IMG/VR virus record: IMGVR_UViG_2711768046_000005
Origin: a virus
Taxonomy: Duplodnaviria > Heunggongvirae > Uroviricota > Caudoviricetes
DNA: 35,930 nt
Direction: 5' to 3' (one strand)
Shown: positions 17,924 through 27,037 of the stretch, piece after piece
How the letters are laid out: every line of letters begins with the position of its first letter
How positions within the stretch are numbered: position 1 is the first letter of the stretch
Position numbers and translations under genes: made by a program
The notes under the pieces: model-generated
The model's input: only the letters and a program-made list of their open reading frames with translations
Told to the model about the DNA's origin: nothing
Database searches by the model: none

Positions 17924-18336
17924 GGTTCCCGCCCCTCAAAACGCTGACGGCAGGCCGTACGTATCAGCCGGAAGAACAGCGATACCACGAGATAAATCAG
18001 CGCGGTAAAAATCCACCCGGCAGCGACCAGCGAGATAAACGTCGCCACCATCACTACCAGAGCCACCGCCCGTCTGCGCCACGGCACCGGCTGCAAAAAC
18101 AGCGACGTGACAATCTTCACGGCCAGCGATTCCGGCGGCAGCTCTCGCCCGTAGCGTTCCAGTACATACTCTGTGGCATACACGCCGACACCGCCGGCAA
18201 CCACACAGATAACCGTCGCCAGAATCGCCCAGGCGGCGACAAAACTGACGGCCACGCTCTGCGGGTAAATCAGGGACAGTGCCAGCATCAGCGCCAGCGA
18301 CACGTTCAGCATCAGTGAAAGGGATAATTTCTTCAT
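17911..18336 (-). CDS. lysA: LysA (membrane lysis-timing protein)
   Basis: 141 aa with multiple hydrophobic helices. P2 LysA length and position. Confidence 0.8.
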   Translation of the reverse strand: MKKLSLSLMLNVSLALMLALSLIYPQSVAVSFVAAWAILATVICVVAGGVGVYATEYVLERYGRELPPESLAVKIVTSLFLQPVPWRRRAVALVVMVATFISLVAAGWIFTALIYLVVSLFFRLIRTACRQRFEGREPCQS

Positions 18337-18350
18337 GGTGTTGACTCCGT

Positions 18351-18848
18351 TTAAGCCGGTACGCCGCCAGCGGTACGCCAGACGGTGACCAGTTTTTCCA
18401 GTGAATGCTCACGCTGACCGTAACCGGCACCCGGCAGGGACGCCCAGATATTGCGACAGCGTGAAATGGCGCGCTCAATGCGTCCCGCCCGGATGTCATC
18501 CAGTGCACCGCGTTCGCGGATCAACTGAATGGCGAGCCTGTCCTGTGACAACGGACTGAAATCCGGCAGGGCAAGCTGTTTGCGGTAATGCGGCCAGAAC
18601 AGGTAAAGCTGCTGATAGCGACCGGAGGCCGTGGATTTTTCACCGCGACGGTTAAACACCTTCGCCGGTCGGCCATGCGCGAACGGGTGGTCACTGTAGT
18701 CGGTGAAGATTTCCGGCTTCCCGTCCAGTCCGGTGACTATCACGTCATAGCCACGGTTTTTCGTCAGCGGATGATTCGCCGTCCCTTCGGACACGGCCAG
18801 CATGTCGAGAAAGGCGGCGATATTCTGATGCGTGTTAATTACCGGCAT
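18351..18848 (-). CDS. K: Endolysin K (lysozyme-like)
   Basis: 165 aa, P2 gpK length, next to the holin. Confidence 0.85.
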   Translation of the reverse strand: MPVINTHQNIAAFLDMLAVSEGTANHPLTKNRGYDVIVTGLDGKPEIFTDYSDHPFAHGRPAKVFNRRGEKSTASGRYQQLYLFWPHYRKQLALPDFSPLSQDRLAIQLIRERGALDDIRAGRIERAISRCRNIWASLPGAGYGQREHSLEKLVTVWRTAGGVPA

Positions 18849-19129
18849 TACGGTTTCCCCCTGCCCTTAAAACGGCGCTGAATGGCAATCTCAATCACCT
18901 GATAACCGGCGATACCCAGCATGGAGCCGATGCCGCACACCGCAGGCAGTGACAGGTCAGGAAACTGCACCAGAACAACACCGGCAACCATCGAGACAAA
19001 ACCACCGAGCAACATGCGCCCGATAAACAGACGCGGGGTGATGGGTTCACCACCGGCAAGCACCTTGCCGACAACAATCAGCACCCCAATCATGAAAAGC
19101 GACAGGACGCTTTTTTCTTCTGCTGTCAT
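18848..19129 (-). CDS. Y: Holin Y
   Basis: 93 aa with transmembrane segments and a charged C-terminus. P2 gpY length. Confidence 0.85.
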   Translation of the reverse strand: MTAEEKSVLSLFMIGVLIVVGKVLAGGEPITPRLFIGRMLLGGFVSMVAGVVLVQFPDLSLPAVCGIGSMLGIAGYQVIEIAIQRRFKGRGKP

Positions 19130-19132
19130 GCG

Positions 19133-19336
19133 TTACTCCCACAGATTGACAGTTTCAGCCACGGGCGCGGTCTGAACGTCGGGCAGTTCGACGGCGGTGC
19201 CGTGTGGCAGCACTGCACCCAGTTCAGCCAGTCCCGGATTTGCGACGAGCACGGTCTCAACCACGCCCTCAGTGCGCCCGTAATACCGGACACAAATGGC
19301 GTCGAGCGTGTCGCCCTGTAGCGCAAAGGTCTTCAT
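19133..19336 (-). CDS. X: Tail protein X
   Basis: 67 aa from the internal ATG (MKTFALQGDTLDAICVRYYG...), P2 gpX length. Confidence 0.8.
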   Translation of the reverse strand: MKTFALQGDTLDAICVRYYGRTEGVVETVLVANPGLAELGAVLPHGTAVELPDVQTAPVAETVNLWE

Positions 19337-19845
19337 CAGATTTGACTCACGATGCAGCGCGGTTTGTCCTGGATACGCGCCACCGCCCAGCGCATATCCC
19401 GCCACAGTTCATCAATGGTGCTGTCAATGCTGTCAGCCTTCTTGTCACCTTTCGCACTGGCATCCACGCCGCGATAACGCTCATAAAGCGACGCGGTCGC
19501 CATCGCAGACACGGCGCGCTCGTAGTAAAAAACTTTGATGCTTTCACCGTCGATGTCGTCCGCCGGGACGTCCGCCAGACGCGTAAAACCGGCGGCAATT
19601 TTCTGTTCGCGGTACTCGTACAGCTCCGCATTCGTCTCCGCCATGCCTGACTTGATGGCCTCACGCAGACGGGCGGGGGCGACGGTCTGCTCAAGGCGCA
19701 TACGTTCCCGGACGCGCTTCGGGTCGATATCGGGAAAAAAGAACGTGTTTTTAATCACCGGCTCGTCGCCTGCCGGTTGCGGGATGACCACCGTACCCTC
19801 ACCGGACACGGGAGCCTCCTTTCGCGGAATAATCAGCGTCATCAT
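19336..19845 (-). CDS. L: Capsid completion protein L
   Basis: 169 aa from the internal ATG (MMTLIIPRKEAP...), P2 gpL length. Confidence 0.8.
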   Translation of the reverse strand: MMTLIIPRKEAPVSGEGTVVIPQPAGDEPVIKNTFFFPDIDPKRVRERMRLEQTVAPARLREAIKSGMAETNAELYEYREQKIAAGFTRLADVPADDIDGESIKVFYYERAVSAMATASLYERYRGVDASAKGDKKADSIDSTIDELWRDMRWAVARIQDKPRCIVSQI

Positions 19846-19944
19846 GACTACCTCTGAAAAGTCGGGCGGTGGACGCCGGTGCAGTGTCAGGTAATTCACC
19901 CTCACTGACCGGCGTGCCGCCCTGGCGCGGGGCGCATTCGGTTG

Positions 19945-20688
19945 TTAACTGGCTTTCTTTTTCGGGCGTCCACGTTTTGCCGGTGTCACGCTCCGGGTCT
20001 TACGCGGGGCGCGGGTGGCCGCTTTTGGCTGCGGCTCCGGCTTCGGTTTCAGCTCCCGCTCCAGTCGTTCAATCTCTTTTTTGACGCCTGCCTGACAGTC
20101 GAGCTGTGTCGCACGTTGCAGGTGAGCCAGCGCACCGGCGGCATCACCACCATCACGCAGAAACAGACCGGTGATTTTGTGCAGCTTTGCGCGCACTTCA
20201 TCAGGCATGTCAGCCGTGGCGGTCAGTTCAAGGGTGTCCGTCAGCAGGCGGGTATCCACAGACTCACCGGCAGCGTGAGCACGCATGGCCGCAAGCGCCA
20301 CCTCCTCGGTGAACATGTACGGCGGGGTGCGGCGGTGTTTACCCGGCATGGTCAGACCGTACTTCAGGGCATAACGGGCAATCTCCAGCGCACCGGCAAT
20401 ATCGCCGGTATCCAGACGCCACAGCATGACCGTCATCAGAATGTCATCCTGTGCACCTTTGCCCTGCTCCAGCACGCCGTTCACCCACGGCAACCAGAAC
20501 GGCAGCAGTTCGCGTTTTTTCGCGGCCTTCAGCTCTTTTGAATAAATCGCTTTCAGTGTACGCTGGTCTGCGGCGAGCTTAACCAGCATCTGCTCATAGA
20601 CAGTTGCATGTCGCAGCGGGGCGGCTTCCCGCTGCGCGGTCATCGCTGCCGAGACCCGCATCATGTGGCGCTGTGCGGGACTCGTCAT
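19945..20688 (-). CDS. M: Terminase small (endonuclease) subunit M
   Basis: 247 aa with a basic C-terminus. P2 gpM length and position. Confidence 0.85.
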   Translation of the reverse strand: MTSPAQRHMMRVSAAMTAQREAAPLRHATVYEQMLVKLAADQRTLKAIYSKELKAAKKRELLPFWLPWVNGVLEQGKGAQDDILMTVMLWRLDTGDIAGALEIARYALKYGLTMPGKHRRTPPYMFTEEVALAAMRAHAAGESVDTRLLTDTLELTATADMPDEVRAKLHKITGLFLRDGGDAAGALAHLQRATQLDCQAGVKKEIERLERELKPKPEPQPKAATRAPRKTRSVTPAKRGRPKKKAS

Positions 20689-20691
20689 CGG

Positions 20692-21765
20692 TTACGCTCC
20701 CGGCTCTGCGGTCGCCTTAGCCGGTGTGGAGAAATCACCGACCTTGATTTTTTCCACCAGACAACCGGCGGCGTAGTCCTCCACCACGTAATCAATGTTC
20801 ATTGACTCGTAGTTCTCCACGCGGTCGAGTTTCGGGTTTTCCTCAATCACGCGGCGATGGCTGTCATCCATGTAGTAGATGGACAGGTTTTCCAGCTTCG
20901 TGATGAGCATCGCATCCGCCGGGAAGTACGGGACGCGTACCGCCGGCAGGTTACCGATGCGTTTCTGGCTGATGATGACGTCAGCGGCCAGCATTTCGCT
21001 GTTGTCCTGCTCCTTGTTGACGATGGGAAAATACTTGTCCGCCAGTAGCTGACGTCCCACAATCACCACAAGGTCAGGGTCTTCCTGATACCACGGCTCA
21101 ATCAGGTTGTTGGTCGCATCCATCACCAGTGCGTCAAGGCTGGCATAATCACCGCCCTTACCCACGCGGATAACCTCAGAGGTGGTGTGCCCTTCCTCGT
21201 CAGTGACCTTGCTAATCACGCGCGCCGGTGCTTCATTGCGGTATTTCTGCAGCCAGCCGACCGCCACATCCTGTAGCATCGGATTACTGCTGCGGTCAGA
21301 GGTTTCGGCACGCCTCACGCCGTTAAAACCGGCCATGATTAAATCAAGGGACTGGCGTTTGATAATGGCGTTACGGACACGGAGCTGGAAATCCTGATAA
21401 CGCGCCCACAGGTCAAGCGTTTTGTAGCGGATATAAAAATCGAAGTTAATCTGGTCGCATTCGTACTTGTTTGACGCCAGCTTCGAGAAGTCCTTCGGCT
21501 GACGCTCGGTGCCACCGGCGGTGTCGGTGGTGCTGGCGATGGAGCCGGTGACACCAATACCAATTTTTTCCCCTTTCATTTCGCTGACCGGCACAATATT
21601 GATGCGGGTCAGAAAATCAGAGGACTCCTGCATGGTGTTCATCAGGGTCTGGGTGACCGACGGTTCAACGGTGAATTTTTTCGACACATCACCGGCGTCG
21701 ATGCCGTTCAGTTCGGCAACACGGGACAGGTAGGCATTAAATTTAAAGCGGGTTTCCTGGCGCAT
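20692..21765 (-). CDS. N: Major capsid protein N
   Basis: 357 aa, P2 gpN length and position. Confidence 0.9.
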   Translation of the reverse strand: MRQETRFKFNAYLSRVAELNGIDAGDVSKKFTVEPSVTQTLMNTMQESSDFLTRINIVPVSEMKGEKIGIGVTGSIASTTDTAGGTERQPKDFSKLASNKYECDQINFDFYIRYKTLDLWARYQDFQLRVRNAIIKRQSLDLIMAGFNGVRRAETSDRSSNPMLQDVAVGWLQKYRNEAPARVISKVTDEEGHTTSEVIRVGKGGDYASLDALVMDATNNLIEPWYQEDPDLVVIVGRQLLADKYFPIVNKEQDNSEMLAADVIISQKRIGNLPAVRVPYFPADAMLITKLENLSIYYMDDSHRRVIEENPKLDRVENYESMNIDYVVEDYAAGCLVEKIKVGDFSTPAKATAEPGA

Positions 21766-21819
21766 AGTTATTCCTGAAATTAAGGGTTAATCGTGAAGGT
21801 TTTCCTGGACTGACGCCGG

Positions 21820-22674
21820 TCAGCAGTTCGTCATCAGGGCGTCACCGCCACCGCCGGTGGCCTTGCTGCGGCGCTGCTGGGTCAGACTTTCGGTGTGGTC
21901 GAGACTGTTTTTCAGGCGGGTGAATGCCTGGCTGGTTTCATCCGCCCTGTCTGTCACCTCCTGCTTAAGTGCGGAAAAGGCGGTTTCCATCTCAGCGAGG
22001 CGCTGCTCAGTGGCGCTCAGTTTTTCCTGCACATGTTCAGCGACAGCGGTCACCGCTTCATGCACGTCATTCAGACGGGCGTCATCGCTCGCCTGTTTGC
22101 GGCCAAAAATGGATTTCACCTTTTCGGTCAGGGCGGTGAACACGGTTTCAGGCAGGTCTTCAAATTCCAGCTCAACGGGCGTTGCCACTGAAATCAGGTT
22201 TTCAGGGCTTAATTTGAAGCGGTTCAGGGGGTTGTGTTTTGCCGTGCGGCAGAATTCCAGGTATTCCGTGCCGAGGCTTGCCGGGTCATCGGTGACGGCC
22301 AGCCCCACCAGATAACATTTGCCGGTGTTGGCAAAGTTCGGCTGAATTTCCATTGAGGTGTAGACCTTCTGCGCGGCCTTGTTCATCGCGATAAGGTCAT
22401 CGGTCGGGGTGATTTTCGCAAACAGCGCCCATTTGCCTTTCAGCGCCGAATCATCGTCAATCTTTTCGGCCTTCAGTTCGGCCACATCACCATAACGTTT
22501 AAAAATACCGTCAGGCAGGATGCCGCGCAGATGTTCCAGGTTAATACGGCAACCATAGACACGCGGGTCAAAGGTTTCGGCCATTTCCTGAATATCCTGC
22601 GCACTGATGACACGCCCGTCACAGGTGTCACCCTCAACGCCGATACGAAAGAATTTTGAGACTTTTTTTGCCAT
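21820..22674 (-). CDS. O: Capsid scaffold protein O
   Basis: 284 aa from the internal ATG (MAKKVSKFFRIGVEGDTCDGR...), P2 gpO length. Confidence 0.85.
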   Translation of the reverse strand: MAKKVSKFFRIGVEGDTCDGRVISAQDIQEMAETFDPRVYGCRINLEHLRGILPDGIFKRYGDVAELKAEKIDDDSALKGKWALFAKITPTDDLIAMNKAAQKVYTSMEIQPNFANTGKCYLVGLAVTDDPASLGTEYLEFCRTAKHNPLNRFKLSPENLISVATPVELEFEDLPETVFTALTEKVKSIFGRKQASDDARLNDVHEAVTAVAEHVQEKLSATEQRLAEMETAFSALKQEVTDRADETSQAFTRLKNSLDHTESLTQQRRSKATGGGGDALMTNC

Positions 22675-22847
22675 TGTCAGGAGTCCTGAATAGTGATTAG
22701 AGGAGTCACATGTCGGCATCAGTTTCCCGACGATGCGCATCCTCCGCCATCAGTCCCGGATGGCTTATCACTGACACAACAGCACCTTAGCGAATCGCGG
22801 GGCGCGACTCAGTAGCCTTGCCGTGTATTCATCACGGCGAGGTATTC

Positions 22848-24620
22848 ATGACCATCACCACAGACACCACTCTTTTACACGACCCGCGTCGTCAGGCGGC
22901 GCTGCTGTACTGGCAGGGGTTTTCCGTGCCGCAGATTGCCGCCATGTTGCAGATGAAACGCCCGACGGTGCAGAGCTGGAAACAGCGCGACGGCTGGGAC
23001 AGCGTTGCCCCCATCAGCCGTGTCGAAATGAGTCTGGAAGCGCGACTGACCCAGCTCATCATCAAACCGCAGAAAACCGGTGGTGACTTCAAGGAAATTG
23101 ACCTGCTCGGACGCCAGATTGAACGACTGGCACGGGTAAACCGCTACAGTCAGACCGGCAACGAGGCAGACCTTAATCCGAACGTCGCTAACCGCAACAA
23201 AGGCGGGCGTCGCAAACCGAAAAAGAATTTTTTCAGTGACGAGGCCATCGAAAAGCTGGAGCAGATTTTCTTTGAGCAGTCTTTCGACTATCAGTTGCAC
23301 TGGTATCGCGCCGGGCTTGAGCACCGCATCCGCGATATCCTGAAATCCCGCCAGATTGGCGCGACGTTTTATTTTTCCCGCGAGGCGCTGCTGCGCGCCC
23401 TGAAAACCGGCCATAACCAGATTTTTCTGTCGGCCAGTAAAACGCAGGCGTATGTGTTCCGCGAATACATCATTGCCTTTGCCCGGCTGGTTGACGTTGA
23501 CCTGACCGGTGACCCGATTGTCCTGGGCAATAACAGCGCAAAACTGATTTTTCTCGGCACCAACTCCAACACCGCACAGAGCCATAACGGCGACCTGTAC
23601 GTCGATGAGATTTTCTGGATCCCGAATTTTCAGGTACTGCGTAAGGTGGCATCAGGTATGGCCTCACAGAGTCACCTGCGCTCGACCTATTTCTCCACCC
23701 CGTCCACGCTGGCGCACGACGCCTACCCGTTCTGGTCGGGTGAACTGTTCAACCGGGGACGCGCCAGCGCCGCCGAACGCGTGGAAATCGACATCAGTCA
23801 TAACGCCCTTGCCGGAGGTCTTCTCTGTGCGGACGGCCAGTGGCGGCAGATTGTCACCATTGAGGACGCCCTGAAAGGTGGCTGCACGCTGTTCGACATT
23901 GAGCAGCTCAAACGTGAAAACAGCGCCGACGATTTTAAAAACCTGTTCATGTGTGAATTTGTTGACGATAAGGCGTCGGTGTTCCCGTTCGAGGAGCTGC
24001 AACGCTGCATGGTCGACACGCTGGAAGAATGGGAAGACTATGCGCCGTTTGCCGCCAATCCGTTCGGCTCCCGCCCGGTATGGATTGGTTACGACCCGTC
24101 ACACCGTGGCGACAGCGCCGGATGCGTGGTGCTGGCACCGCCGGTGGTGGCCGGTGGCAAATTCAGAATACTTGAGCGTCACCAGTGGAAAGGCATGGAC
24201 TTTGCCACCCAGGCTGAATCCATCCGCAAACTCACCGAAAAATACAACGTCGAATACATCGGTATTGATGCCACCGGCCTCGGTGTCGGCGTGTTCCAGC
24301 TCGTGCGCTCGTTCTATCCCGCCGCGCGCGACATCCGCTACACGCCGGAAATGAAAACCGCAATGGTGCTCAAGGCAAAAGACGTCATCCGCCGTGGCTG
24401 TCTGGAATATGACGTCAGCGCCACCGACATCACCAGCTCGTTTATGGCTATCCGCAAGACCATGACCAGCAGCGGACGCAGCGCCACCTATGAGGCCAGC
24501 CGCAGCGAGGAAGCCAGCCACGCCGACCTCGCCTGGGCGACCATGCACGCCCTGTTAAATGAGCCACTCACCGCCGGTATCAGCACCCCGCTGACATCCA
24601 CCATTCTGGAGTTTTACTGA
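22848..24620 (+). CDS. P: Terminase large (ATPase) subunit P
   Basis: 590 aa from the internal ATG (MTITTDTTLLHDPRRQ...), with GAGG ribosome-binding site. P2 gpP length. Divergent from O. Confidence 0.9.
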   Translation: MTITTDTTLLHDPRRQAALLYWQGFSVPQIAAMLQMKRPTVQSWKQRDGWDSVAPISRVEMSLEARLTQLIIKPQKTGGDFKEIDLLGRQIERLARVNRYSQTGNEADLNPNVANRNKGGRRKPKKNFFSDEAIEKLEQIFFEQSFDYQLHWYRAGLEHRIRDILKSRQIGATFYFSREALLRALKTGHNQIFLSASKTQAYVFREYIIAFARLVDVDLTGDPIVLGNNSAKLIFLGTNSNTAQSHNGDLYVDEIFWIPNFQVLRKVASGMASQSHLRSTYFSTPSTLAHDAYPFWSGELFNRGRASAAERVEIDISHNALAGGLLCADGQWRQIVTIEDALKGGCTLFDIEQLKRENSADDFKNLFMCEFVDDKASVFPFEELQRCMVDTLEEWEDYAPFAANPFGSRPVWIGYDPSHRGDSAGCVVLAPPVVAGGKFRILERHQWKGMDFATQAESIRKLTEKYNVEYIGIDATGLGVGVFQLVRSFYPAARDIRYTPEMKTAMVLKAKDVIRRGCLEYDVSATDITSSFMAIRKTMTSSGRSATYEASRSEEASHADLAWATMHALLNEPLTAGISTPLTSTILEFY

Positions 24621-25654
24621 TGAGCAAGAAAAAAGGGAAAACACCGCAACCTGCGGCAAAAAAAATGACCGCCAGCGCCCCGAAAATGGAGGCATTCACC
24701 TTTGGTGAGCCGGTGCCGGTACTCGACCGCCGTGACATTCTGGATTACGTCGAGTGCATCAGTAACGGCAGATGGTATGAGCCGCCGGTCAGCTTTACCG
24801 GTCTGGCGAAAAGCCTGCGTGCTGCCGTGCATCACAGCTCGCCGATTTACGTCAAACGCAATATTCTGGCCTCGACATTTATCCCGCATCCGTGGCTTTC
24901 CCAGCAGGATTTCAGCCGCTTTGTGCTGGATTTTCTGGTGTTCGGTAATGCGTTTCTGGAAAAGCGTTACAGCACCACCGGTAAGGTCATCAGACTGGAA
25001 ACCTCACCGGCAAAATATACCCGCCGTGGCGTGGAGGAGGATGTTTACTGGTGGGTGCCGTCCTTCAACGAGCCGACAGCCTTCACGCCCGGCTCCGTGT
25101 TTCACCTGCTGGAGCCGGATATTAATCAGGAGCTGTACGGCCTGCCGGAATATCTCAGCGCCCTTAACTCTGCCTGGCTGAATGAGTCGGCCACGCTGTT
25201 CCGCCGCAAGTATTACGAAAATGGCGCACATGCCGGATACATCATGTACGTCACCGATGCCGTGCAGGATCGCAACGATATCGAAATGCTTCGCGAAAAC
25301 ATGGTTAAGTCGAAAGGCCGCAATAACTTTAAAAATCTGTTTCTCTATGCCCCGCAGGGGAAAGCCGACGGCATTAAAATTATCCCCCTCAGTGAAGTGG
25401 CGACGAAGGACGATTTTTTTAATATCAAAAAAGCCAGCGCCGCAGACCTGCTGGACGCGCACCGCATCCCCTTTCAGTTGATGGGCGGCAAGCCGGAGAA
25501 CGTCGGGTCGCTGGGTGATATTGAGAAAGTGGCAAAGGTCTTTGTCCGCAATGAGCTTATCCCGCTACAGGACAGGATCCGCGAGATAAACGGCTGGCTC
25601 GGTCAGGAGGTCATCCGCTTTAAAAACTACTCACTGGACACTGACAACGGCTGA
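24620..25654 (+). CDS. Q: Portal protein Q
   Basis: 344 aa, P2 gpQ length. Start overlaps the P stop. Confidence 0.9.
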   Translation: MSKKKGKTPQPAAKKMTASAPKMEAFTFGEPVPVLDRRDILDYVECISNGRWYEPPVSFTGLAKSLRAAVHHSSPIYVKRNILASTFIPHPWLSQQDFSRFVLDFLVFGNAFLEKRYSTTGKVIRLETSPAKYTRRGVEEDVYWWVPSFNEPTAFTPGSVFHLLEPDINQELYGLPEYLSALNSAWLNESATLFRRKYYENGAHAGYIMYVTDAVQDRNDIEMLRENMVKSKGRNNFKNLFLYAPQGKADGIKIIPLSEVATKDDFFNIKKASAADLLDAHRIPFQLMGGKPENVGSLGDIEKVAKVFVRNELIPLQDRIREINGWLGQEVIRFKNYSLDTDNG

Positions 25655-25659
25655 ACATC

Positions 25660-25681
25660 GCCGCCTGCGGGCGGCTTTTTT
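25660..25681 (+). terminator. Intrinsic terminator after Q
   Basis: gccgcc / tgcg / ggcggc followed by TTTTTT, 6 bp after the Q stop. Confidence 0.6.
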
Positions 25682-25822
25682 ACATCCCGTCATCACGCCC
25701 TCACACGCTCACCACCGCACAAAACACCCCGCAGACACACAACGCCTCAACGGGCAGACTAAGCGCCGTCACGACGCGCTGAGACGCTAAAAAAATACAA
25801 TCAGCACCACCGTCAGCGCGCA

Positions 25823-25841
25823 GTGCTTTCCCCACCTCGCC
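25823..25841. other. Putative cos site (19-nt cohesive end, ggcgaggtggggaaagcac on the minus strand)
   Basis: Differs at one position from the P2 cos sequence as I recall it (GGCGAGGCGGGGAAAGCAC). Located just downstream of Q, as in P2. Confidence 0.5.
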
Positions 25842-25884
25842 CGCCCGCTTCATGGGTCGGTTTTAATGCAGTTGTATTTAATGG

Positions 25885-25915
25885 AAAAAGCCCTCCAGGA
25901 CTGGAGGGCTTTTCT
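25885..25915. terminator. Bidirectional intrinsic terminator (end of the kinase operon; backup for Q)
   Basis: Perfect 10-bp stem agccctccag / ctggagggct, flanked by AAAA upstream and TTTCT downstream. Lies 55 bp past the kinase 2 stop. Confidence 0.65.
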
Positions 25916-25969
25916 ATTAGAGTTCGTAAAATGCTCATGCAAATTCACGCGTTATGCTGCAAAAAACAA

Positions 25970-27037
25970 TCATTTCTTAGCTTTCACAACCGGATGCGCG
26001 CGATCATGTCCACCGCCACGATGCTTAGAAAATATAACCTTTTCATTAGTAAAAGGTTTTTGGCCATAGACACTATCATAGTGGAAAAAGACGTTCGGAA
26101 GATGAGGCACACGGATGAATCCATACTTCACTCTAGTATCACCGATGACCCCAAAAACCCTTGTACTTACTGGGTAGCATAGTTCACCACAACGCATCAC
26201 TAATTCATCTGCTGTTGGGCGTTCAGAAGGTTCCAATTTTAAACAATCTTCTATAAGTTTAATTATTTCATTTGCCAATGGCGCATACTGTCTATTTGAA
26301 AATATAAAGTCAGGGTAAGGAACATGCGTGCCAGAAAGTATTTTTGGTATAGCCATATAACCAATACCAAAAGGGTATTTTCCAGTAAGAATCCTGAACA
26401 TCATCGCACCCAATGCCCAAATATCTGTAGGTTTCGAAACCTTACCTTGACTCTGTATGATTTCCGGTGCCATATATGGCAAAGCCCCGATAGCCGTTTG
26501 CGAAGAACTAATTGAATCTTGACCATTTCTTGCAGCCTCATCAATTTCATCTCCGGCCATCTTTGAAATGCCGAAATCCGTAATTTTTATCTCTGTAGCA
26601 TTGATACCACCGCCTACCATTATATTTGAAGGTTTGAGGTCCCGGTGTATGACGTCAACATGATGCGAAGCAGACAGAGCTTTAGCTAAATTATGAAATA
26701 TTTTAGCAGTTAAATATGGATCAACACTTGAATAAGTGTCTAAAATAGCCTTATCCAAGTCAACTCCATCAATAAATTCCTCCGTTAAAAACTCTCTACC
26801 CTCATCATCAATGAAGTAATCTAAGGTTTTAGCCACATTAGGATGATTAACCCTTGATGCTAATATTGCACTTCTATGAAACCTTTTTTCAGCAGATTTA
26901 TTTTTGGGAGTTTTGAGAGCCACATGCCTCGAGAGAATATTATCCATTGCCAAATAAACTTTTTGCATACCGCCTTCACCAATCTCCCTCAATATTGTAT
27001 ATCTGCTAACTTGAATTCCTGGAGTCAGATTTATCAT
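25970..27037 (-). CDS. Hanks-type Ser/Thr protein kinase with C-terminal cold-shock-like OB-fold domain (third gene of the cargo operon)
   Basis: 355 aa. Kinase motifs GEGGMQKVY, VALK, HRDLKPSN, DFG, PYMAPE and DIWALG are all intact. C-terminal aa 292-338 (FGVIGDTRVKYGFIRV...NVFFHYDSV...EKVIFS) resemble CspA RNP1/RNP2. GGAGG ribosome-binding site; ATGA overlap with the upstream gene. AT-rich. Confidence 0.85.
   Translation of the reverse strand: MINLTPGIQVSRYTILREIGEGGMQKVYLAMDNILSRHVALKTPKNKSAEKRFHRSAILASRVNHPNVAKTLDYFIDDEGREFLTEEFIDGVDLDKAILDTYSSVDPYLTAKIFHNLAKALSASHHVDVIHRDLKPSNIMVGGGINATEIKITDFGISKMAGDEIDEAARNGQDSISSSQTAIGALPYMAPEIIQSQGKVSKPTDIWALGAMMFRILTGKYPFGIGYMAIPKILSGTHVPYPDFIFSNRQYAPLANEIIKLIEDCLKLEPSERPTADELVMRCGELCYPVSTRVFGVIGDTRVKYGFIRVPHLPNVFFHYDSVYGQKPFTNEKVIFSKHRGGGHDRAHPVVKAKK

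Noticed and set aside
17936-18508. 190-aa minus-strand ORF overlapping lysA and K in another frame
   Set aside because: Alternative frame across two well-supported lysis genes. Arg/Cys-rich composition is typical of an out-of-frame artefact.
19204-20541. Plus-strand ORFs of 148 and 199 aa across L and M
   Set aside because: Antisense to P2-length L and M ORFs. Arg-rich artefactual translations.
22675-22847. Ogr-type TGT-N12-ACA boxes in the O/P divergent promoter region, and likewise upstream of FI
   Set aside because: I searched by eye and found no perfect TGT-N12-ACA match. Only imperfect candidates were present (for example TGT-N12-tCA at about 8362..8379), so I did not annotate them.
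22875-24548. Minus-strand ORFs of 236 and 149 aa antisense to terminase gene P
   Set aside because: Fully embedded in the P coding region on the opposite strand. No independent start signals and no recognisable motifs.
25823-26182. 119-aa plus-strand ORF spanning the cos site and the 3' end of the kinase gene
   Set aside because: Crosses the putative cos site and the bidirectional terminator and runs antisense into kinase 2. No ribosome-binding site. Most likely spurious.
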